Below, in pieces: positions 31,470 through 45,000 of a stretch of 64,000 nt of DNA. Each line of letters begins with the position of its first letter. Position 1 is the stretch's first letter. Both the position numbers and the translations under genes were made by a program. The notes under the pieces were generated by a model that was not told where the DNA came from, made no database searches, and saw only the letters and a list, made by a program, of their open reading frames with translations. This DNA comes from the human T2T-CHM13v2.0 reference genome, Homo sapiens. The DNA is taken from the NCBI RefSeq assembly GCF_009914755.1, contig NC_060934.1; one strand, given 5' to 3'.

Positions 31470-31960
31470 GATTCAGTATTGCACATTTTGCAGTAAATGC
31501 TTTATATGGATTACTTTTTTGAATCCTTAAAAAATCTTAAACAATTACATACTGTATTTTTTTTTTCTCACATAACAAGAAGTCCAGAAGGAAAAGTTTG
31601 CTGGCATTGTTTCAACTGCTTAAAGATGTCACAGCCAAAGTCTCAGCAATTTTCTTTGTCTATTCCTCTGGTACCAAAGATAGCTGCTGAGGCTGAAGAC
31701 ATCACATCCTAATTACAAACAGAAAGATGAATAAAGGTCAAAAACTATGGCTCTCAGCTATATCAGACCCCTTTAAAAGGATTCCTCTACTATACTCTTA
31801 ACAATTTCCACCTGTATCACATTAATACCACCCCTATCTTCAAGTAAAGCTGGGCTTTAAAAAAAAATCCTGGCATATTGTTTCCCCTACTAAAACTAGG
31901 ACTATATTATTGAGAGGAGCATAATGAACATTGAGTAGGCAACTTCAGTCTCTGTCTTAC
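31470..31960. mobile_element. Ancient ERVL/MaLR solo LTR (LTR33/MLT1-like)
   Basis: ttctcacataacaagaagtccagaagg...ccaaagatagctgctgaggct...gacatcacatcc...cattgagtaggcaac. Confidence 0.6.
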
Positions 31961-32400
31961 CATAGGAGGAAGGCATTACTATATACCCATTGTACAGATC
32001 ATGAAATCAAAGCTTAAAGAGGCTGAGGATTGACCCTTGCAACTGTCCCACAAAATGAATATTCTTATCCCTACACTACAGATAAAGGATAAAGCAAGCT
32101 TACAGATATTAAGTCACTGGCCCTCATTGTCACAAGTCTATCTTATCCTAGCATTCAAGCACCATGTACTATACCACAAGCCATTTTAGGAAGGGCTTAT
32201 TTTCAATGGTTATAGATGAAATAATTTGGAGATGAAAGCAGGAACTGGGCTAGGAAACGCATCTGAAGTTATGCTTCTCTTCTTCTTCCAGGGATCCAGC
32301 CAGTGGTCATGAGCAGAACCCATCTTCGTGGGTGTCTGTTATTTGTTTGATATTTATTAAGCATGTACAGAATGTCTGACTGCTTTTTCAAAACTCTTAA

Positions 32401-32743
<343 letters not shown>

Positions 32744-32989
32744 TTTTACTGCCTGTTCTAAGGCTTACTGGCCATGCAAGAATTTTATTTCTTGGTCTCT
32801 TCTTGACTCATAATCTCCCTAGGAAAGTCCTAAGCAACTTCAGCTGTAATTTAGAGGATGCTTAGAAAAAAAAAAGTTGAGATTTGAGTGGCCCAGTAAA
32901 GGACTGGAGGACCCCAAGTGTGATAAAATAGGGACAGATGATTATCTGCATTATGGCACCTGGATAGGTAAGGTGGAGAAGTGGTTTCT

Positions 32990-33530
32990 ACTTCTAGTCC
33001 CCTTTTCTATGGGCACTTCTTTTCCCACCACACCTCCACAACACCCATACCATTCCCTGTAGTTCTGATGGGGCTTTTATTCATGGATGCCCATTTAATC
33101 ACCTGACTTTAAGCTGGCTCAAGTCTTTATGGTAGACCCAAGGTGTAAAGAGGTCTAACGATGATTCAGGGGTGGAGGGGTGTGACCCAAGTGGGCCATT
33201 TAGAAACCTGCCTTGAGATTCTACACATGGGCACTGAAAGGAGGAATGTTTCTCTCCCTTTTAGATCATGAACCACTAAGAGGAAGGCCTGGGGATGCTA
33301 GTAGCCATGTTTCCCATGCCCTGGAAAGAGCTTCTCTGAGAATGATGCAATTATACAGAGGAAGGAAGAATCCCCAGATGACAAGATAGCCAGAGTACTG
33401 ACAACACCATTTGAGCACCTGGATCAAGCAATGCCTAAAGCTATATATCTCTTCATCCATTCAAATTAAGTTGAAATAAACCAACAGCAAGAAAACAACA
33501 GAAACAAAGAAATTCATTGTCTGATGCAAC
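32990..33530 (+). mobile_element. MLT1 (J/K-like) MaLR solo LTR
   Basis: gcctggggatgctagtagccatgtt...ctgagaatgatgcaa...catttgagcacctggatcaagcaatgcctaaagc. Confidence 0.7.
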
Positions 33531-33658
33531 CATTCTCTATCACTTTCAATAAAAATTATTCTAATACTCTAGGAAAAAGGCACTATTGCTAAATAAAGCC
33601 AAGACACAGCCAACCGAAAAGTGTAAAGGAATGTAAACAAGGCTGTTATCTAAGACCG

Positions 33659-34376
33659 TGATAGGATTTGGATCTGTGTGTTCCCACCAAAATCTCATGT
33701 TCAGTTGTAATCCCCAATGTTGGTGGTGGGGCCTGGTGGGAGGTGATTGGATCAAGGGGGACTTTTCTAATGGTTTAGCACCATCTGCCTAGTGCTGTTC
33801 TCATGATAGAGTTCTCAGGAGATCTTGTTGTTTCAAAGTGTGTAGCAACTTCTCCCTCTCTCTCTTCCTCCTGCTCCAGCCACATAATAAGAGCCTGCTT
33901 TCTATCCCTTCTGCCATGATGATAAGTTTTCTGAGGCTTCCCCAGAAGCTGAACAGATGGCCAGCATCATGCTTTCTGTACAGCCTGCTGAACCATGAGC
34001 CAGCTAAACCTCTTCTTTTTTTTTTTTGAGATGGAGTCTTGCTCACCCAAGCTGGAGTGCAGTGGCGCTATCTCGGCTCACTACAACCTCCGCCTCCAGG
34101 GTAAAGCAATTCTCCTGCCTCAGCCTCCCAAGTAGCTGGGACTGTAGGCACCCACCACCATGCCTGGCTCATTTTTTGTATTTTTAGTACAGACTGGGTT
34201 TCATCATGTTAGCTAGGATGGTTTCGATCTCCTGAAACTCACGATCTGCTCGTCTCAGCCTTCCAAAGTGCTGGGACTACAGGTGTCAGCCACCACACCC
34301 AGCCTAAATCTCCTCTTTTTGTAAATTACCCGGTCTCAGGTATTTCTTTATAGTGATGCGAGAATGGACTAATACA
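33659..34376 (+). mobile_element. MSTA/MSTB MaLR solo LTR, interrupted by an Alu
   Basis: TG...CA ends (tgataggatttggatctgtg...ggactaataca); 5-bp TSD gaccg/gactg (CpG decay) at 33654-33658 and 34377-34381. Confidence 0.9.
34021..34304 (-). mobile_element. AluS inserted in the MST LTR
   Basis: Alu dimer in reverse; imperfect TSD taaacctcttcttttt / taaatctcctcttttt. Confidence 0.92.
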
Positions 34377-34967
34377 GACTGTTTGAAGGACAAGTATAAA
34401 ATGAATTGAGAAGAGTTAAAGACAAGAATTCAAAACCAAGATTGAGAACATGGAGAATGAGATGTAGATTTGCTTCCTATAATGGTGTGTGTGTGTGTGT
34501 ATCAACAGTATGTATACATGATCCTGGATATATATGTATAATGTATATACTTTATTTCATGATTTCATGTATGTATGTGTGCATGTGTCTGCATATATAG
34601 TTATTTTTCAAATCTATGTAAGTGCTGTTGTGATCAATTTAGTAGTGCTTTTGGACAAATTTGAATTTTCTCAAAGGTTCTTTTTGTCATTTTCTCAAGC
34701 ACCAAATTAAAAAATGTATATACTACCACAATCACTTAAAGTTCAATGAAGTTTGTGGGGTTTTTTTGTTGTTTTTTTTCCCCGTACCCTCCCCTACCAT
34801 GATCTAGTAGCCAACTGAAAATTCTCCCCATCTTTTTCTCCCAGAAAGAGCTTCAGAAACACAAAAGCTAATGTCATAATGTCTTTTTATTTGTTATGTC
34901 TTTAATTCTTAAAGCCACTTACTCAGACTGTTTCCTTTAATGAGTTTAAAAATGCAGTAACTATGGA

Positions 34968-35254
<287 letters not shown>

Positions 35255-37689
35255 AAAAATGCAGTAACTATTAACTATGGATATTGGAACAGAATCAATT
35301 GTGTTATCCTTGTTCAATTTTTTGACTATTAACATCATATATTTATAAATATTTTCATGTGGTGGATGCATTCATGTTTCATATGCTGTGCTAGAGGTGT
35401 ACAAAGGACATCAGGAAGCAAAATAGAGGCATGTATGTGATGCTCAACTAGACCACATGAGACTCAGTTGAGTAAATACTAAGATGACAGACTCTAACAG
35501 TGATTCACGGTAAAATTGCTAATAGACTATATATTGTCTGTTATTCCCATATTCCATTGCCACTGAGTCAAATTAAAGGATGAGAAAAGTTAGATTTGTG
35601 TGTCACTTTAAATTGAAGCATGCTTCAATGTGCTACATGAGCATAATAGAAGAATACCTATATATGCTTATATGTTGGCATGGTGATGGATTAAGCCAAG
35701 ATAAATGGGGCAGTCAGCTGAAGCAGGGACTAATGATGGCCAAATCAGCAGTTAACAAGCTGGGGGCCTGACATATATCAGGTTTTGAGAGAGAGAGAAA
35801 ACATAAACTGTCCTCCTATCAACATCTGATGAGGGTAAAACGAAGTTCATTGGGTCTTGCTAGCCCAAACCTTAAAAGACAAGTCTCTTTTTGTACTAGC
35901 AATTGTTGCAATTGTCGGGATCATTGGAACTCTTTCTCCTCATCTTTCCTCATGCCCCTCCTACTATGTAATTCCACATTAATTGCCAGATACCTTAAGG
36001 TACTCAATGAAGCATCCTTCTGGCAGAAGAAAAGGAAAAAAAATCAAACTCTAAGTCATATTTCAGTGCTTAAAAATGATTTTTTCCTTAATATGATTTA
36101 GTTTCTATCTTGATGAAAAATTTGTGCTATGACACCATTCCAACTGGTAGCTCATTTAGAGAGTAAGTTAGATCATGCCTCTGCTGGGCCCATGACCAAG
36201 TGTGCAGATTCATATAGATCCAGCCCACCTCTTCCCCACATAATCTTGGAACAACCATGAGACTGGTGGGAAGGAGTTTTGTGTTTAGTACTCCAGTATT
36301 ATTCTGCATTTATTCTTTTCTCTATCCCTCTTTATCTCATTTCACTTGAAGTATACTGCACCCCTTTTTTTTCCTCATTCTGTATATTTACTTATTCCTA
36401 CTGACCATCCATTTGGATATCCACTTTCACATTCTACCCTTAAGATACATTTCCTAAAAATTTGTTGTTCATTACTGATTGGGACCATAAAACAATTCCA
36501 GAGGGAATGCACATGTCTGTCTATCTAAACTCCCAGGCAACTATCACATGAGCTGGAATGAACTGGACAATGGATATAAAATTGGATGTGTGTGCAGATG
36601 GTCCTGGAAACAGCTGTGAATGCACATCTGTCACTGTTTAGTTGTCTGAAGGCCAGTAGCCTCTATTTGAGTGGAGCCATCCATCAGGAAATGCTGAGAC
36701 AGATTCTCTACGCCCCCAACCATAGCCCAGGCTGTGGATAACAACTAGACAATCTGATAAAATCATAAAACTGTATTCATGAGGATTACAGTAGTAATAA
36801 ATTACCTATCCCATTATACATTTGCATATTAATAGGAGTCCTGTAGTGATTCACTAGCTTAATGTAAATGAATGCCTTCAGTAGTGAAAACTGTGATCTC
36901 TTGGACAGACAGTGCAATGTTCCAGTTCTCAAAATCCTCTGCAGAGACAGCCATGTATGTGATCTCCATAAAGAGCTGACTTACAGACAAAGCCATGTCA
37001 TCTACTTGTGTTTAATAGACTCATGCAGCAACAGAAACATGAGATCAGTCTAGCCTGGAGCAGATTTTCCAAGAGGAATTGGAAGAAGGACAGCCAGGTG
37101 ATTAGAAATCTGACTTGGCTTTCATATAGAAAGATGACTCCACAATTTGGGAACAGCAAACCCTACTGTATAGTACCTCAGCAAGGTGTCAAGAGAGGGG
37201 TGACCCTCTCCTGGATGAGGTGAGAGCTCTGTTCATTTTATTAGCCCCCAAGTGGCCCTCTTCAGCACCATATCCTTTCACTCATTAGCTTTCAACTTTG
37301 TGTTCCAGCCTCTCAACATTACCTCCGTTTCCCAAAGTGCCATCTCTCTGTCCCCTCCAGACCTGGAGACATCCTTTTCTCCTGCCTCTTCACTTGGAAA
37401 CTTCTCAATCAGTTTGTCTCACTTTCTGTTCTTTTTGCTTAGAGCAGTATCTCTAACACAGCAGTCCTCAAAACAATCCATCCCCAGACCAGCAACATTG
37501 AGATCATTTGTGAGCTTGTTAGAAATGCAGATCCTTATACCCTTGGCTTGCTTACCCCTTTCAGAACATGGAGACAAGTAACCAAGGAATTACCATCCAT
37601 TGGGATGTCTCACCCATCATTACAGTTGTCCAGAGTACAGTATGCTCGTTCCTGCTTGCTTGCATCCTTTGCGCCCAGATGGTGTTACT

Positions 37690-37758
37690 ATCGGAAGCTT
37701 CAAGCCTGACTGACACATAGTGGGACCTCAATAAATATCAATTAACTGAATGAATGAT
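37690..37758 (+). mobile_element. L2 3' terminus
   Basis: gacacatagtgggacctcaataaatat...tgaatgaatga. Confidence 0.6.
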
Positions 37759-37774
37759 TCCAAAGGGAATGAAA

Positions 37775-38390
37775 GGCAGAATTATATGGTGGTTTAAACA
37801 CCCAGGCTCTGGAGCCAGACTGCCTGGGATCAAATCCTAGCTCCTTGATATAGTTTGGCTGTGTCCCTACTCAAATCTCATCTTGAATTGTAGTTCCCAT
37901 AATCCCCATGTGTGGTGAGAAGGACCCAGTGGGAGGTAATTGGATCATGTGGGCAATTACCCCCATGCTGTTCCCATGATAGTAAGTTCTCATGAGATCT
38001 TACGGTTTTATAAGGGGCTTCCCCCTTTGCTCAGCTCTCATTCTTCTCTCTCCTGCTGCCATGTGAAGAAGGACATGTTCACTTCCCTTTTGCCATGACT
38101 GTAAGATTCCTGAGGCCTCCCTAGCCATGCAGAACTGTGAGTCAATTAAACTTCTTTCCTTTATAAGTTACCTGCTCTTGGGTATGTCCTTATAGCAGCA
38201 TGAGAATGGACTACTACACTCCTATGCTCCCGATCATGTGGCCATGGACAGTCATTGAGCCTCTACGCTTCCTGGTAAAACAGATGGTAATGGCCTTAAT
38301 TTTGTAGGCTTGTCACGTGGATTTGATACCTTCATACAGGTAAGGTACTTCGAACAATGCACAGACTCTAGTAAGCATCCAATATTAATA
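37775..38390 (+). mobile_element. MIR split by a THE1 LTR
   Basis: ggctctggagccagactgcctgggatcaaatcctagctcc before the LTR; MIR core and tail remnants after 38224. Confidence 0.7.
37846..38218 (+). mobile_element. THE1 (C/D-like) MaLR solo LTR
   Basis: tgatatagtttggctgtgtccc...gtgagtcaattaaacttctttcctttataa...gaatggactactaca; perfect 5-bp TSD ctcct at 37841-37845 and 38219-38223. Confidence 0.93.
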
Positions 38391-38629
38391 GTATAGAAAA
38401 AAGCTTTAATTCTGACATAAACGTCCCTTTATTTCAGAGAGATTTCACTGGATATTCCCAAATGATCCTTGGAATCTAAATCTGGAATAAATATACATAT
38501 ATGTTCATATTCTATTTCTTGGCACTTTTCAACAGCTCTAAAGAAGAGCTTCTTTTGGTGATGTTTTCCACCCAATTAACAGTGTTTATAAATTGGAAGC
38601 TGAGTTGATGAGAGCAGGAATTTTTCTAA

Positions 38630-38820
38630 ACAGTCTCTCACTCCTCCCCTTCTCACCTTTCTTTTCTCCCAGCCCCCTTCTTTTTCCTCTCTCTCTCCAT
38701 TTCCCATTTTTCTCTTTCTCTTCTTCCTTTTGTCTTTCTATCCATCTCTTCTCAGTGCCCACCATTATTCTCCACTTCTGTCCTAACGACTTCCTACCTC
38801 TTCTTCCTCTTTCTCCCCAA
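38630..38820. repeat. CT-rich low-complexity polypyrimidine tract
   Basis: ~190 bp dominated by C/T on the plus strand. Confidence 0.8.
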
Positions 38821-39801
38821 GATACCTCTGAAGCTATTACAGTTGGTTTCTGCCAAAACTTAAATGCCACAAAGAGTCTGAGATATCCAAGAGTTATAAA
38901 TCACTCTCAACCACCCACAGTTTTTAGCCCAAATGAACAGGCTAGGAAAATGTCAAGGAAAAGAACATTAATGCAAATGAAGCTCTCAAAGTTATTTTGT
39001 TCACCAAACCTAAAACTGAGTTTCCTTGATGGTCTTTTGGCTGAGGCATCTTTTTACACAGCTGTCCATAAAGTGAAGGCAGGATGGGGGGCCATTTGTG
39101 GTCAGAGTGGGTGGAATGCCCATCTCACAGGGCATGCAAAGTGGACAGATTGTGCTTAACTGAGCTCCTGACTCACTTCACTTGCATCATCCACCCAGGC
39201 GGCATGGAGGGGTCTATGCTGGGAAGAGCTGCCTTCGGAGACAGGGATTGTATTGAAGAATATGGCGGTGCCTAGATGCAGGGACAACCTCCTCATGTGT
39301 GCTAAAGAAATGATCTGATGTTTGGTGGGAGGTTGGACAAGATGACTTCAGAGATTCCTTCAAAGTGGACATTCTGTGATTATGTTACTTGACTCCAAAC
39401 TCTTGTTAGAGGGACTGGAATTCTGCTGTGCACTAGGTGCCCTCCTTACCCCCACCCAGCCCCTATGACCATGGGGTTCTTGCTTAATGGTCATCACCCA
39501 CTCAGCCATCTGGCAAACCAAAAAATGCCTCCTTTGGGTTTCACCTTAACCCTGGACTATTTCTAAAGTATAAAAAATAGACAAATACCTCCCTCAGAGG
39601 TGGCCAAGAATATGGGGCCATGACCCACCTGAGCCAGGTGATGGCAGCTTACAGGCTCAGATGGGGGTATTGCGCTACAGAGGACGGAAAAGGGAAGTTA
39701 TGGTGGCAATGAATCATGCCCTTCTTTGCCTTTCCTCCCAACAGAGGACCCCTCTGCCACTCTCAGGAATGTATCTTTCTTCTTTCTATTTTTTTCCCTC
39801 A

Positions 39802-40090
39802 TTTTTTTTTTTTGAGACAGAGTCTCTGTCACCCAGGCTGGAGTGCAGTGGCGCGATCTCAGCTCACTGCAACCTCCGCCTCTGGGTTCAAGCGATTCTC
39901 CTGCCTCAGCCTCCCGAGTAGCTGGGACTACAGGCACCCACCACCAAGCCCAGCTAATTGTTTGTATTTTCATAGAGACGGGGTTTCACCGTGTTGTCCA
40001 GGCTGGTCACAAACTCCTGAGCTCAGGCAATCCACCTGTCTCGGCCTCCCAAAGTGCTGAGATTACAGGCTTGAGCCACCGCGCCTGGCT
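39802..40090 (-). mobile_element. AluS (Sx/Sz/Sp-like)
   Basis: Alu dimer in reverse with T-tail. Confidence 0.93.
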
Positions 40091-40407
40091 TCTTCCTTCT
40101 TTCTTAAAAGCCAAATCGAATTGCTGCCCCCATCCCCTACTGGCCAAATAGATGACTCCTACCAGGGCAAGCAGAGAAAAAAGAGCATTATCTGCTTCTA
40201 CCTCTGGTTCCCCTTCATTTCATTGAGCTCACGCTTTCCCTCTTCATGTCACTGAAAATGTTATTTATTGATCCTGCTGACAGCAGCAGTAAATAGAGAG
40301 GGGCTGTTTTACATCGCTGATGAGAAGGCAGGCTCCATAACTCATCAGGCCCAATCTGACTCCACATCAGTCCTCTTCCTCTTTTTCTTTTCTGTATCTC
40401 ATTACAG

Positions 40408-40524
40408 AAAGAGGAATTAATACACATGGACAGAAGAGAAATGAGTTCAGCTGCTTGCTGCTCTGAGGGCTTTAGTGGGAAGGCAAACATCCTCAGCAGT
40501 TCCTTAAGAAAATTCGGTGGATGG
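40408..40524 (+). other. Candidate 117-nt internal exon (unknown transcript)
   Basis: Long polypyrimidine tract + tacag acceptor; TGG|GTAAGT donor; length divisible by 3 and open in frame 0. Confidence 0.25.
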
Positions 40525-41619
40525 GTAAGTCAGGTTGCCATCTGTTGGCATGCCCTGGTGGAGGCCCATTAGCTGTGCCCTAATGGTCATAGACTGGGGG
40601 TCATCACACACTTGGGCTTGAGCTGAGGTTTGGGGAGTACCATAGAGAAAGAGAGTCCCTCTAACCATTTTTCCTTGTCTGAACTGCACAGCTATGGGCC
40701 ATGGATATCCTGAACTATAGAATAAACATGGTAGTTTCTTGGCATACTTATTTTACTTCCAGATTTAAGGAGTAAATATGCATTAAAATAAACATGCATA
40801 TACCTTGGCATTGAGTGTAAATGAACATGAATTTTAATGGGAAACTACAAAGAAATTTCACGCTTGTGATGAGCCTCTTGGAGTTACTATGCTTCACCCC
40901 TTCAGTGTCAGGCAATTACTTCATTCCTGCTCTGAGACCTTTTCAAATGAAATACTCACCAACTAACCAACCTATTTATCCCATTTTTTGAAAGCACCAT
41001 CCTTAAATAGTGACCTGCTTTGTGGAGTTTGACCTAAAACAATAGACAATGAGTCTACATTGAGCAAAAGAATGTTGAATGGAATACATGCTAGACGTAA
41101 GATGGATGCCCTGAGATTATTTTCCAGCTTCAATTCATTGCCAATGACTTCAAGGCCATCATTTCACTTCCTCAGATACTCACTCTCCTCCTCTATTAAC
41201 TGGAGATGGTGGTACGTGTCTTCCTGGGTCCGGCAAGTATAGGTGAGCATCAACTAAAATAAAGTGGGGACCTTTGCTTGTCAACATTCTTACAAATGGG
41301 ATTTCCCTGTGATATTAAATCACAAGTCCTCACCGGTTTCCCAAGGCATGTACATCATCATCAGTAAGGGCATGTGAAAAGACTGCACATCATAAATGGC
41401 CCCACCATGTAAAACACAATTTGAATCCTTACTGAGCACCTACTGGTTGAATTAGGGCCATGTGCCGGAGAACACAAAGTAGGACTAAAAAGATGACCCT
41501 GATCTGAGAAAGTCAATGTCTAATGGAGAAGTAGCCAAATGTCCCCAGTGTGCCACACCTAGAAAGCAATAGCAAGAATATCCAGGTGGGTTGTGTGTTC
41601 AGATGGTATAATTAACAAG

Positions 41620-41875
41620 ACAACCATAGCACTCTTTTATGGATGTCTAGAATATGCCAGGCACTATTCCGAGATAAGGTATACTTATCTCCTCTACACC
41701 TTGTAAAAAATGTATACAATGTATCTTCATTTTATAAATGAAGAAATTAAAAAATAAAGAAATTATCTTCATATTATAATTGAAGAATTGAGGCTTAATG
41801 AGATAAAGAAGCTTGCTGTCCACCCCATCCTACAGTGTTTGGACCCATATTTTTTGACTTCAAAGCCCGTGGCTA
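41620..41875 (-). mobile_element. MIR SINE
   Basis: atatgccaggcactattc...cattttataaatgaagaaatt...gaagaattgaggcttaatgagataaag...tgacttcaaagccc. Confidence 0.7.
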
Positions 41876-44850
41876 CAGGGTTTTCCCAGGCAATGGTGAT
41901 TGTGTGTGGGAAAGGGTGTTTATGAAAGATACCCATTTTTCTTCACCTCTAATCCATTGACACACTAACCATGTCAGATCCCTCATTGTGCCACAGTTTC
42001 TTCATTTGCAAAATAAAGAAATTTATTTAGATGATCTTAATTTTAGGATTCTGGATATACTTGTGAAAAAGGAAGCTAGAAAGATTCAACCTTAAGTCTG
42101 CAAAAGCTTCCAGTAGGTTTTAAAATCTGTTCTAAATGAAATGAAGAAGGGTACCATACAACCCTAAATTAGGCATAATTTATCTCTTAGGGGATGATGT
42201 CTTTTATTTTGGAAAAATGAAGGTAAGAAGAAAAACTTCACAACTCATCCAGTTCTTTGAAATAAATTGTGAGGCTATATGTATCTCCATATATAAAATA
42301 TGTATTCATGTGTAATATACATATTCATATACAGTATCTAGTATACACAAACATAAGCATATGTGTAGTCATACAAACATTTCTCATTATTATCATTGTA
42401 GTTATTATTATTAACCTGTTTGAATTTGAGGCTGACTCTTCCTCTCCTGTACTCAGAGCTTAAAAATTCCCAGTTCTTACTACTTTCTTTTCCATCTTTA
42501 GAAGTTGCTGCTGCTTGTTTCCCAGCTACTTCTTGGTTCCTAACTTTGCTTAAAAGCATTTCTAATTCCTCATATTGAAAAGAGGGTTGCAAATGAGGTT
42601 TAATACGAAAATGTTTTGTACCAAGAAAACTAATGCCCATTTTTCCCCCCTAATGAATGCCAAAGTCATCACAGACTCAAGGCTCATGAATAATGTATAT
42701 CTTCCAATTAAGCGCAAATGCTGTTCAGTTCTTACAACCGATATGTAATGCCTGCTCTGGCCTTAGAATGGGCAGAGGCTGGGGGTAGAAGGAGGGGTTG
42801 GGGAGGGTTGTGTGTGTGTGCATGTGTATGTGTGTGTGTATCTGACAGCTAAGCTCCCACAACCTGTAGCATGCTCATTACCTCCTGGGAGTTAAACTTC
42901 CCATGCTTGAGTCTGCAGAGATTTGTGAGTCTTTGCAACCATAAATAAAATTTATTTTAAATTTCTAAATCTCCAAACCTGTTCCTTAATAGCCTGGAGC
43001 TCTTGCTGATCACTCTACCATCTGTTGCCAAACCGTCAATCTAATTGGCTAGCAGGTACCCACCTCCCCCACTTTCCAGAATGCTGGATTGTTTCAGAAG
43101 GGAAGCCTCTGGAGCCCTCCTCTCCAAGAAAGCTACGGTGGTGACTCTGTGGGTAGCTCATTTGCTTCTTTGGGCTTCTGAATGAGATGCTCTTCTTTAC
43201 GAAGAAAGCCACACAGGCCTTTTGAGGCTGCTAAATTTGGTGTGTTCATCTTCCACTACCAAAACCACAGAGCCAGGAAGACCTGATTTCAAGCCATGAC
43301 ACACCCAGGAAGGGCGGTCATTTCATGTCTCTAAGCCTCAGTTTTCTCATCAGAAACAGAAGATAGTAAACAACAATTGTGGTACCCAGAGTGGGTGCCT
43401 AGACTAAAAGCAATATTTTCTATACATGATGAAGCCCCATGCAAACGTTAGGAATTACCCTCTTTGCTGTCAGTGTATAGACATCCTCACTTACAGCTTC
43501 ATGACTGGACATGACAAAGCCCCAGGGCTTGGGCTGCTCTGAGCCTGATTAACGTTGTTCATAAAAATATTCATCCATCAGGGTTTCCATTTGTAGCATT
43601 TAGGTGTGCCAAATAACAGAGCCAGCCAGTGGTTTCTTAGAATTACACCATCTAATAATGAATGCTGGAGACAGATTTTTTCTTTCAGCCTGAAATCTCT
43701 TCTTATAACTCAGGGCTGATGAGTGCTGCCCTACATTTCTCGATGGATCCAATTTAACACCAGACGAAGCAGTGACTCAGACTAACTTAAATATCTCAAG
43801 ATGAGTTTCACCTTTTCCTCTGAGGCCGTATCAGTTCAATTGCATAAGTGCAAATTTATTGAAAGTGGTTTGGTGCTTAGCTTTTCTCTATTGGCAGTAA
43901 TGGAGTTTAAATTTATAGCAGGCTGATGAATTTCAGATAAGAGAACCATTACCTTACAACAACATTAAGGAAAAATATATAACTCCGATTGCTGAACCTC
44001 GAATGTGTATTGTTTGAATGAGGGGAGATGGATGAGGTAGGCTGACATTTGCAAATGCAATTCCTTTCCATCCTCATGGTACTAGCCCAGGAGCCTGAAA
44101 GTATGGCATATTCCAGAAAGGGCTTGGGATAGCTATGCATTACAAGTGCATTACAACCAAATAGCAGGAGTAGGCTATGATCTAAAGGAGAGAATTTTTC
44201 TTTCTCTTTAGTAATATAATTGGAGGTGTCTTTTGGCAATGTACCAAGGCTGTTAGAGGGCTTAGGTTGTTCCTTTGGTACTTGTCATGTTCCTCTCCCA
44301 TAGGTTATTTTCCTTTTACTACAAGGCTTTGTCTTCCTGCAGGGTGGAACTCTGGCATTGTAGGGATTAAAATGAAGGATGTACGGTACAAATGTGCAAA
44401 GCTTCAGAGAGGATGGAAGGGGCCTGGGCTTCTCCATTATCTTGAGGCTCTTGGTATACATAAAAAAAGGAGAAGAAATATTAAAACAGTGCTATAAAAA
44501 TTGTGTTATTTTTAAAACAGTTACACTGAACAAATTAACTCTTTTAAAAAATGTGGTATCAATGTGCTATGCATAAGATAATCACAGAATTGCTAAAATA
44601 GGGGTTGTGGACAGTATTTTTCCATAGTGAAACACGTAGTAGAATTTTCGGGCTGTGTGATTAACTTTAACTTTCCCCTAGGTCTGTAAAGCATCTCAGC
44701 AATCTTGTGAATAACCTCCTTCAAAGATAAAGTTGAAGTCTAAATGTGAGGTCCTTTGTGGGTTTGTGTGTCGAATACCCTTTCTGTTTTCCCATTTTCA
44801 CCCATTCCCCTACAGGCCATAGCCATCTACATAAGATTTTTTTTTTAAGT

Positions 44851-45000
44851 TAAAAAAAATGATAAGCATGTGAGGTGATGAATATGTTAATTATCTTAAT
44901 TTAATCATTCCACAATGTATACATATATCAAAACATCCCACCATACCCCATAAATGTATACAACTATTACTTATCAATTAATAAAATTTAAAAAATAAGA
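44851..45000 (+). mobile_element. Short L1MA 3' terminal fragment
   Basis: atgtgaggtgatgaatatgttaattatctt...cattccacaatgtatacatatatcaaaacatc...ccccataaatgtatacaa + A-rich end. Confidence 0.85.

Noticed and set aside
38593-39159. 188-aa ORF, the longest in the track
   Set aside because: Non-ATG start; the first half is F/S/L/P low complexity from the CT tract; no recognisable domain
39661-40151. Overlapping 86-114-aa ORFs (also at 27807-28215, 32401-32652, 50490-51082, 51658-51963)
   Set aside because: Typical Alu translations ([22 protein letters not shown])
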